A stretch of DNA of 47,818 bases from an uncultured Gammaproteobacteria bacterium (GTDB taxonomy: Bacteria; Pseudomonadota; Gammaproteobacteria; CAWUKA01), in contig CAWUKA010000003.1 of NCBI GenBank assembly GCA_963922965.1, forward strand, positions 1-47,818. Reading direction: 5' to 3'. Of the stretch, positions 40,070 to 47,818 are shown piece after piece; the stretch's first letter is position 1, and each line of letters opens with the position of its first letter. The notes under the pieces were generated by a model. It had not been told where the DNA came from. It did no database searches and worked only from the letters and a program-made list of their open reading frames with translations. The position numbers were made by a program, and so were the translations under genes.

Positions 40070-40856
40070 CGTGTTTGCCCAAGTCTGGAAATAATCGTGC
40101 TGATAGCTTTTCGTAGCTTGCGTTGAGGGCTTGATTGTTTTCTGGTGTTACATCAACAAGCGTACCAAAATATTTACTTACGTTTTCAAGATTAAAAATA
40201 TAGGGTTTATTGCTAAAAGTGCTGGCAACCCATTGCCAAGAAAAATTATTACTAGCTTCATCTCCATCTAATAAATGTTGTAAAAACCACTTCGCACCAG
40301 TCTGCCATTTGACTCGCCTGAAATGGACAATGTAGCTTGCTAAGTACATGCGCGCATGGTTATGAACATAGCCTATAGTCACCAAATCGTTTATAAAGTT
40401 ATCAATGCAGGCGATACCAGTACTCCCAGTCGCGATATCGTTTGGTAACTCATCTTGGTAATCTGTGTGATTAAAACCGGTTTTATACTTTTCCACATCG
40501 TGCCAAATCCAATTCGGGTGTTGAGCGGCAACCCGCTGCCAAAAATCTCGCCATGCAAGCTCTTGAATGAATTTTGTAATCTGTTTCGGTTGTGAACATT
40601 TTGTTAGCGCATAATTTCTAATTTCGTTTAAGTCAATGATGCCGTGGTGGATGTAAGCTGATAGCCTAGTTACTTTACCAGTGCCAAAATTCCTAGTATT
40701 GCCGTAATTTAATGGATCAATATTTTTCAATTTTGCCTCGGCTTCACGTCGTCCGCCACAAATAGGTGATGCTTGGCCGGATGCATATGGACTAAGTGCT
40801 TTTACATATGTAATCAATTCGGGTCTGTCAGTAAAATTAGTTTTTAGTTTTTGCAT
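40062..40856 (-). CDS. DNA photolyase FAD-binding (catalytic) domain protein
   Basis: TRLSAYIHHG, FIQELAWRDFW, TG...ID, GYVHNHARMYLASY, LLDGDEASNNFSWQW. Confidence 0.9.
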   Translation of the reverse strand: MQKLKTNFTDRPELITYVKALSPYASGQASPICGGRREAEAKLKNIDPLNYGNTRNFGTGKVTRLSAYIHHGIIDLNEIRNYALTKCSQPKQITKFIQELAWRDFWQRVAAQHPNWIWHDVEKYKTGFNHTDYQDELPNDIATGSTGIACIDNFINDLVTIGYVHNHARMYLASYIVHFRRVKWQTGAKWFLQHLLDGDEASNNFSWQWVASTFSNKPYIFNLENVSKYFGTLVDVTPENNQALNASYEKLSARLFPDLGKHDG

Positions 40857-41302
40857 TAGTCAATTTTAAATTGTTTTAATGTAGCTTTTGACACATATTC
40901 GAGTGCCTTTTTATGTGTTGATTTTATTTTGATTGGCGGTGCAATGCCAGCTTGATAGGCTTGTTTCCAACGTAGTATGCAAAGACACCAGCTATCGCCG
41001 GCTTTAAGACCAGGAAATCTTGCGTTAGCAACTGGTGTTATCAAATCATTACCATGAGACTTTGTAAAGTTTAAAAACTTATCGGTAACTACAGCACAGA
41101 CAACATGTGTACCATGATCTAATTCGTCTGTGTTGCAGTAGCCGTCTCTAAAGAATCCAGTTGTTAAATTAGCATTGCAAGGTTCTAATTGTTCGTTGAG
41201 TATATTCTTTGCTCGCTTATTCGCTGCTGCTTGGGTTTCATGCATAATTAATATAACCAGTGCTAACAACAGTAGTAGTAACGACTTTGTTGGCAGTCGC
41301 AA
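40856..41302 (-). CDS. DUF2237 family protein with signal-peptide-like N-terminus
   Basis: TGFFRDGYC, HVVCA, GNDL.TP, FPGLK.GD.WCLC..RW; start uncertain (TTG 41302 or ATG 41243); TAATG overlap with the photolyase gene. Confidence 0.85.
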   Translation of the reverse strand: MRLPTKSLLLLLLALVILIMHETQAAANKRAKNILNEQLEPCNANLTTGFFRDGYCNTDELDHGTHVVCAVVTDKFLNFTKSHGNDLITPVANARFPGLKAGDSWCLCILRWKQAYQAGIAPPIKIKSTHKKALEYVSKATLKQFKID

Positions 41303-41736
41303 GCGACGACAGTTGCTGATTACAGTGCTAGATTTTGTTAGCTTTAAGATAATCACTCTATTGCTCCTTGTATTTTTACACTCGCGACTCATTTGTTGAA
41401 ATACTATCACTTTCACACAACTTAGCGAACCAATCACTGTGATAAAATTTTGGTTAACAACACAGTTGCTTTTTGTTGCTTATTTTAAAAAATCTATTTT
41501 GCATGTTATTTTGAGCCATCAATGCCTGTCTCAATCAGTATCAATATGTTCGAGATTTGTCGTTCGCTTGTTCAATGCCTACATAGTGCTCATTTTTAAT
41601 AAAGATCGATTTTGAGTGGAAAGTAGTACAATGATTTATATCTCATTATCAACAAAAATGCATTTTAAGCAGATATAATTACTCTCAGAGTTCATCCATC
41701 ATATTCTTGTATATAATTTGAGTAAAAGAGGTCGCC

Positions 41737-43189
41737 ATGTCAACTCCATTATTTATTAGCGGTAGTTAAAGAATTGCAACAGCTTAAATGCGCTGTACAA
41801 TAAAAAAATATCTAGTCTGGTTGTTATCAAAGGTAAGCGTAGGGTTGGTAAAAGTCGGTTAATCAACAACTTTGCCTCTAAACATACAAAAAGCAGGTTT
41901 TGGGATTTTGCCGGATTGGCGCCATAAGGAGGCATCAGTGCTCAAAGCCAACGTGATTATTTTGCGAGACAGTTAGCAACACACTTACATTTGCCACCTT
42001 TTACCTTTCAAGATTGGGCTGATGCTTTCGAACACTTGGCTAAGCAAGTAAAAGCGAGTGATATTATTTTATTCGATGAAATTTCCTGGGTGGGTTCAAA
42101 AGATTCAAGCTTTATTCCGAAATTGAAAGCCTGGTGGGATAAACAACAGATACCTATTATGGTTGTTTTTTGTGGTTCGGTTTCAATCTGGATCGAAAAT
42201 AATATTTTAAAAAGTACTGCTTTTTTTGGTCGGATCAATCTTGCTCTGTCATTAGAACCATTGCCGATACCTGAAGCCAATCAATTGCTACGAGTCTCTG
42301 GGTTCCAAGGTTTAGATTATGATACCTATAAATTACTTAGTATCTTTGGCGGTATACCATGGTATTTACAACAAATTACACGGGGTCAAACTGCTGATAC
42401 TTTAATTAAGCAGTTATGCTTTGATAAAGACGGTTTATTAGTATTGAAGTTTGATCGAATTTTTCGCGATTTGTTTAATGGAAAAGGAACGCTTTATAAA
42501 AAGATACTTGATAGTCTGAAAGATGGTATGATAACCTTAGCTGATGTGCGAAAACACGCTGAGCTTCCACGCAGTGGGATGCTAAGTCATTTAATCGAGC
42601 AGCTGATTATTGCAGGATTTGTTCAGAAACAAAATCTTTGGTCTTTTAAAACTAGTAAAACATTGAAGCAAAGCCTGTATCGTATCTGTGATCCTTATAC
42701 ACGATTCTATCTCAAAGTAATAAAACCTCAGCGTAATAAGATAGATTTAGGTAGCTTACAAGCGTTAGTAATATCAAGCTTACCAGGGTTTGAAGCTCAT
42801 CTCAGTTTGCAATTAGAACAGTTACTTTTGCAGAATAGAAATATCTTAATTAATGCAATTGGTGCTAATCCAGCAGATATCGTCGCAAGTGGACCGTTTC
42901 GACAATCGAAGACGGCAACTAAAGCAGGATGTCAAATTGATTTTTGCTACAGACAACAATCAAGAGTTTATTTGTCTGCGAGTTTAAATTTAAACGCCGA
43001 GAGTTAGGTTTGGATATTGTATCGCAGGTTCAAGAAAAAATTAGCGCGCTTAAAGTGCCTAGAGGCTTTGCGACGATTCCAATCTTGTTTCACATCGGCG
43101 GTGTCTCTGACAATCTGGCAACTAATGGCTATTTCTATAGAATCATTGATATTGCCGACTTTTTAACAGAATCTTCTATGCCTGAATAA
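41737..43189 (+). pseudogene. AAA+ ATPase (COG1672 type) with C-terminal nuclease-like domain, disrupted
   Basis: GKRRVGKS, ILFDEISW, CGS, GGIPWYL, YRICDPY.RFY, QIDF, VCEFKF; stop near 41925 and frameshifts near 41760 and 42940. Confidence 0.85.
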
Positions 43190-43433
43190 CATTTTATGAA
43201 TCTCCTCAATAAGATTGATTAGTTCAGAAAATTTTATCGATCTAGCGAATTGTTTTATTGATTGAACTTGCATTCATTTGAAAGAGCAAAAATTGGTTAT
43301 CTGAGATCCAAGAGAATCAACGTTTGGCTTTTCAGAAGACTTGGTACTTTGTAGCGAGACCGATAAAGCATGCAAAGCAAAGTTTGTAGTTAAAGCCGCC
43401 AATAACTTTTTAAGACAAATGGAGCATAAAAAG

Positions 43434-43895
43434 ATGCAGCCTCAAGATATTGAAAACTATATTTTAGAAAGTTTCGCAGACGTAAACCTACTGGATAGTT
43501 GGGGCGAAAAAAGCTTCTTCCTCAATCCCGGACATCAGTTAAAATGCGGAACCTATTTTGCCACGTTGAAAGAAAAAGACGGTGACAATGATAAAGCGTC
43601 ATATTTGGATCGTAAGGGTATTTTCAGGCTGAATATGGGTGTCAACAAAGATGTTTATTTATCATTCTTCAACACGCTGCCAAAACGACCAGCAAAGGGT
43701 TGTTTCATAGATGGTGACTATGATTTCCAAAGAACAGACATTGTATTACCACATCCTGTTTATGGCTGGATGGGATGGATCTGCGTTCTAAACCCAAGTA
43801 AGGAAACGTTTGAAACGTGCAAAGACTTTCTTGATGATGCCTATAACAAGGCTTTGAAAGCAACTATGAAGAAACTTTCAAAGTGTCAATTATAG
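43434..43895 (+). CDS. DUF6194-like hypothetical protein
   Basis: SWGEKSFF.NP, YFATLKEKDG.ND.AS.LDR.GIFRLN.G, PHPVYGWMGWICVLNPS; ATG 43434 after GGAG. Confidence 0.75.
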   Translation: MQPQDIENYILESFADVNLLDSWGEKSFFLNPGHQLKCGTYFATLKEKDGDNDKASYLDRKGIFRLNMGVNKDVYLSFFNTLPKRPAKGCFIDGDYDFQRTDIVLPHPVYGWMGWICVLNPSKETFETCKDFLDDAYNKALKATMKKLSKCQL

Positions 43896-44376
43896 GCATA
43901 GACTGAAGCGAGCTGGCCAATTGCCAAACCCTTGATTTATCAAGACTAAAACCCCCGTGCTTCACTTTTCCAAATAGGGTATTTTTTAGGAAAGGGGTAT
44001 ATATAGGAAAAAAATTAGAGAAAAACCGGGTGTTTTTATAGAGAGGCAGTCGATTACAAATAGCGAAAAAGATCATAAATGCCTGGTTTTTGAAGTTAGA
44101 CTATCTTCGGCATGGACAAGTTCGTTTGTAGCCAATGGCGGAGGCTAGCATCCCTCAATATAACGCTCTCCAAACTGGGTGGGAAATATGCAATTCGATC
44201 CCACCTCGCTTGAGTATATTACACTGTTCGAAGGTAAAAATTTGCACCTAAATTAAGCTGTTCGACTGGTTTGAATTTAATCATACCATGGTACTAGTAG
44301 TACCTAGATATGAAAAAATCTAAACTAGCTTTATCTCTCAGATGTCCTATTTTTGTCCATTTTTTATGTTCAGCGC

Positions 44377-44494
44377 GTCCTTAAAGTTAGGATATTATTA
44401 ACTTTAGGGGTATGGTCTTCATGATTTTGTTTGACTTACCTATCAATCGTGGTTACCGCGTCCTTTTAGTTAAGATATTCCTAACTTTAAGGAC
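44377..44494. promoter_or_regulatory. two 35-bp inverted-repeat operators of abiE
   Basis: 44377-44411 and 44460-44494; outer arms GTCCTTAAAGTTAGGA / TCCTAACTTTAAGGAC are perfect 16-bp complements; TTGACT lies between. Confidence 0.75.
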
Positions 44495-44504
44495 ATGAAA
44501 ACAC

Positions 44505-45311
44505 ATGCATATACAGTCATACATAAAAGAAATCAGAAAAGCTGGTAAGTGTTGTTTTACTATTCAGGATGTAGTTGATAAATTTGGTGCATCCAGGGGT
44601 CTAGTAAGAGTTTCTGTGAATAACTTACTAAAATCTGGCGATTTAATATCATCGGCACGTGGGCTATATGTCATCGTCCCGCCAGAGCACCAGCACCACG
44701 GCTCTATTCCAGCACAAGAATTAGTTCCTTTAGTAATGAGATATTTAGATGCCAATTATTATGTTGCCTTGTTGAGTGCAGGATTACTATATGGCGCAGC
44801 TCATCAAAAACCAGCAAGATTCCAAGTCATATCAGATAAACGTATCAAGTACCCTTCATCTTTTGATGATGTGGAAATTGATTATATCTATAAAAAATCT
44901 ATTTTAAATTTGCCAACTCAAGATTTTACTGTGGCTACTGGCTATCTTAAAGTTGCAACTCCTGAATTGGTTGCGCTTAATTTATTTAAATACCCTGATC
45001 ATGCCGGCGGTTTAAACCATATTGCAACAGTATTTTCAGAACTCATTGAAACCTTAGTTCCTATTAAATTAATAGAACTTGCAAAAAATACCAATTCTGA
45101 ATGTCAGTTGCAGCGTATTGGTTACATTTTAGATCACATTGATCTTATGGATGAAGATAATGCTGAAATAACAATTAATGCTCTTGCCCAGTATGTGCAG
45201 AAAAATAAACCAAATTATCTACCTCTTGCATCTGAAATTTCTAAAACAGGTTACCCAAGATGTAAGAAGTGGAGAATTATTGAAAATACAGAAATAGAGA
45301 ATGATTTATGA
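44505..45311 (+). CDS. abiEi: type IV TA antitoxin AbiEi
   Basis: N-terminal wHTH, RGLYVIVPPE, YYVALLSA..LYGAAHQ.P, VATPE, QRIGYIL, W.IIEN. Confidence 0.85.
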   Translation: MHIQSYIKEIRKAGKCCFTIQDVVDKFGASRGLVRVSVNNLLKSGDLISSARGLYVIVPPEHQHHGSIPAQELVPLVMRYLDANYYVALLSAGLLYGAAHQKPARFQVISDKRIKYPSSFDDVEIDYIYKKSILNLPTQDFTVATGYLKVATPELVALNLFKYPDHAGGLNHIATVFSELIETLVPIKLIELAKNTNSECQLQRIGYILDHIDLMDEDNAEITINALAQYVQKNKPNYLPLASEISKTGYPRCKKWRIIENTEIENDL

Positions 45312-46093
45312 TTCCAGAAAATTTTATTAAAGGTTGGCGTAAAACTGTCTCATGGCAAATGGATGAACAAATAGAACAAGATTTAATTATTAGCCGAGCA
45401 TTAGTTGATTTATATAACGACCCTCATATCAGGGAGGCACTTGTGTTTAGAGGCGGCACTGCCCTAAATAAACTGTTTATAGAGCCTCCAGCAAGATATA
45501 GTGAGTATATAGACTTTGTCGCAAAAAAAACTGATCCTATTGGGCAAACCATCGATGCTATTAGGAACTTACTAAAACCATGGATGAGAGATCCAAAATG
45601 GAAAATCATGCAACGTGGTGCAAAGCTAATTTATAAATATGAATCTGCTAACTAGGTCCCTGCAAAGCTTAAAATTGAAATAAATACAACAGAACATTTT
45701 CAGGTATTGCCTTTAAAAAAAGTTCCTTTTTCTATAAATTCTGAATGGTTCAAAGGAAATGCAGATGTTATTACTTATGAAATAGATGAGTTGATGGCTA
45801 TAAAACTAAGATCACTCTATCAAAGGCGTAAGGGACGTGATTTATTTGATGTGTGGTATGCAGTAGATCGTAAATTAATTAACCTAGATAAAGTGTTTGA
45901 TATATTTTTTGAATATAATGTCTATAACAATGTGAAAATTTCTGGCGAAGATTTTATAAAAAATATTGAGTTAAAAAAGAATCACCGTGATTTTAATATG
46001 GATATGAGAGTTTTATTGCCTTCTAAACTGTATTAGAATTTTGATGAAGCATACCAGTTTGCTGTAGGTAAGGTAATCAGCAGGCTGCCATGA
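45308..46093 (+). pseudogene. abiEii: type IV TA nucleotidyltransferase toxin AbiEii, two nonsense stops
   Basis: EQDLIISRAL, FRGGTAL.KL, RYSEYIDF, LKIEINT.E, K.R.LYQR.KGRDLFD; in-frame TAG at 45653 and 46034. Confidence 0.88.
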
Positions 46094-46898
46094 AGCTAGC
46101 TTGGGATACTGATATTCATCTGAATTTTCTAGAATCTGCTGACAGAAAAATATTCTATCATGATATTGTTGCGAAAAAATCTAATACGGTTTTAGTTAGT
46201 GGTGACATTGCTGAGGCACCAACTGTTTCTGATATTCTTGAAGAAATAGCCCGTCATATCGCTAAACCAATTTATTTTTTTTAGGTAACCATGATTATTA
46301 TCAAAGCAGTGTTGAAAATGTTAGAAAAAAAGTTACTCAGTTATCCAAAGAAAATCCATCAGTAAATTGGTTGCCCGAAACTAGTTTAGTACAGTTAAAT
46401 AAAGAGACTGTATTGCTTGGAGAAAATTGCTGGGCTGATGGTCGTTACGGCAATTATGCTGATAACAGAGTGATGCTTAATGATAGCCGAATGATTCAAG
46501 AGCTTCAAGAAGGTAATATTATTGGTTAATGCCAGTTTCTAGATGCGATGCAAAAATTAGCTGATAGTGGTGCTGCAAAATTAAAGAAAAATCTGCAATT
46601 AGCAATTCAAGAACATTTGCCTAAAAAAATTATTGTTTTAGTTCATGTCCCACCATTTAAAGAAAGCTGTATGTATGAAGGAAAAATCAGCAACGATAAT
46701 TATCTGCCATTTTTTGCTTCGAAAATAGCTGGCGATGTGCTGCTGAACACTACAAAAGTAAATCCAGACATCGATTTCTTAATTTTATGTGGCCATACCC
46801 ATAGCAGATCCTACTACAAACCTCTTGATAACTTAACAGTCAAAGCGGGTAGCGTAGAATATGGCAAACCTATTGTTCAGGAGGTTATTGAATTATGA
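46090..46898 (+). pseudogene. metallophosphoesterase (calcineurin-like), disrupted
   Basis: DIH, GDIAE, GNHD (after a frameshift in the T run near 46280), HVPP, GHTH; extra in-frame TAA near 46528. Confidence 0.85.
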
Positions 46899-47454
46899 AA
46901 ATATTAGAAACTGACAGATTAATTTTAGGCACATGGATTGATGGAAACCTGGAGTAAATGCTTGCCATTAACCAAGATCTAAAAGTTATGGAGTATTTTC
47001 TGAATTACAGAATTTAGAAAAGACTAAAAATTTAATTGTCAGGATAAACAGCTACTTTGAAAAATATGGTTACACTGTTTATGCAACAGAACGAAAAGAT
47101 TCAGATGGGTTTATAGGATTTATTCGATTATTTACTCCAGAATTTGAATCGCATTTTACACCTGCCACAGAAATCGGTTGGCGTTTATCATCCAACCACT
47201 GGGGGCAAGGCTTTGCCACTGAAGGTGCTAAGGCTGTTTTAGATTATGCATTTGGGGAATTAAAGATACCAGAGATCGTATCATTCACCGCTGCTGAAAA
47301 TGCTAAATCAATTAGAGTAATGCAGAAAATTGGCCTGCAACATAATGAAGCCGATGATTTTGACCACCCAAAGCTAGATGATGAAAGTCCATTAAAACGA
47401 TATGTGTTGTATAGGCTAAGCCGTAAAAAATACACTCAAGGATCGTCAATATGA
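46895..47454 (+). pseudogene. RimJ/RimL GNAT acetyltransferase, disrupted
   Basis: MKILETDRLIL, FTPATEIGWRL...WGQGFATEGA, SIRVMQKIG; early stop and frameshifts; ATGA overlaps at both ends. Confidence 0.85.
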
Positions 47455-47636
47455 CTGTAATGTTAAAAAAAATAGAGCATTACTAGATCTGGACAAGGGA
47501 CTACCGTTTTCAAAAACAGAGCATGATGATGCAATGGTTGCCGATGTTTAAAAAATTGAAAGTTTAGAGAAGCCATGCTTTATTCTAAAAATATGTGATC
47601 GTCCTAATGACTATACTAGTGAGGTATATTTCCTTT
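47451..47636 (+). pseudogene. 5' fragment of a possible phosphotransferase (APH/kinase-like) gene
   Basis: EHDDAMVA, FILKIC.R..DY..EVYFL; stops at the att repeat. Confidence 0.4.
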
Positions 47637-47644
47637 GTAGTCAA

Positions 47645-47734
47645 TGGCGGAGAGAGAGGGATTCGAACCCTCGATACGCTTTCACGTATACACGCGTTCC
47701 AGGCGTGCGCCTTCAACCACTCGGCCACCTCTCC
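47645..47734 (-). tRNA. tRNA-Ser (GGA)
   Basis: GGAGAGG acceptor, D-arm GCCGAGTGGTTGAAGGC, anticodon arm CACGC-CTGGAAC-GCGTG, long variable arm, GGTTCGAATCC, encoded CCA; 90 nt. Confidence 0.98.
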
Positions 47735-47745
47735 TAAACTGTGGC

Positions 47746-47774
47746 AGGATAAATGACTTTATCTGCGGATGCAA
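47746..47774 (-). promoter_or_regulatory. sigma-70 promoter of tRNA-Ser
   Basis: TTGCAT-N17-TATCCT followed by a GC-rich discriminator. Confidence 0.55.
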
Positions 47775-47818
47775 ATGTCAAACTAACAATTGCTGGCTTG
47801 ATTAATCTGGTAATAAAA

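Larger units (their letters stand above)
44125..47652. mobile_element. decayed genomic island at the tRNA-Ser 3' end, bounded by 19-bp direct repeats
   Basis: TTTGTAGCCAATGGCGGAG (44125-43) and TTTGTAGTCAATGGCGGAG (47634-52), 18/19 identical, including the tRNA 3' CTCCGCCA; cargo is AT-rich. Confidence 0.75.

Noticed and set aside
43950-44120. Possible recombinase C-terminal remnant beside the left att repeat
   Set aside because: No convincing catalytic motif in any frame
44136-44210. Second tRNA gene
   Set aside because: Only 8 nt of tRNA 3' end match; no cloverleaf
830-46530. Stop-codon reassignment or readthrough explaining in-frame stops
   Set aside because: TAA, TAG and TGA all interrupt genes, frameshifts co-occur, and intact genes end normally with each codon; decay is simpler
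47421-47433. CCGTAAAAAATAC matching the putative LuxR box
   Set aside because: Single box inside a GNAT coding remnant with no partner; treated as chance

Overview
47.8 kb of a bacterial chromosome, most likely a host-associated Legionellales/Coxiellales-like gammaproteobacterium (inferred from two textbook PmrA boxes, PAS-LuxR regulators and effector-like genes). The genome is actively decaying: about 15 pseudogenes or remnants are visible. Intact genes include an ArnD-like deformylase, a homodimeric (alpha2) glycyl-tRNA synthetase, a duplicated LemA/DUF3137 cassette, a PAS-PAS-LuxR regulator, two MsbA-like ABC exporters, a LysR-dabB-dabA-DUF6671 inorganic-carbon pump locus, a split photolyase operon, AbiEi and tRNA-Ser(GGA). 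A decayed 3.5 kb island bounded by 19-bp att repeats sits at the tRNA 3' end. Best candidates for new biology: (1) a PmrA-box-preceded 1219-aa protein fusing transmembrane helices, a putative catalytic-Cys domain and an ADP-ribosyltransferase-like C-terminus; (2) an intact P1B-ATPase-derived protein that has lost its whole nucleotide-binding domain; (3) a three-LuxR cluster whose two divergent promoters share paired GTA-N5-TAC boxes and point at a 64-aa small protein and a MATE-like gene. All family calls come from motif recognition by eye; no searches were run.
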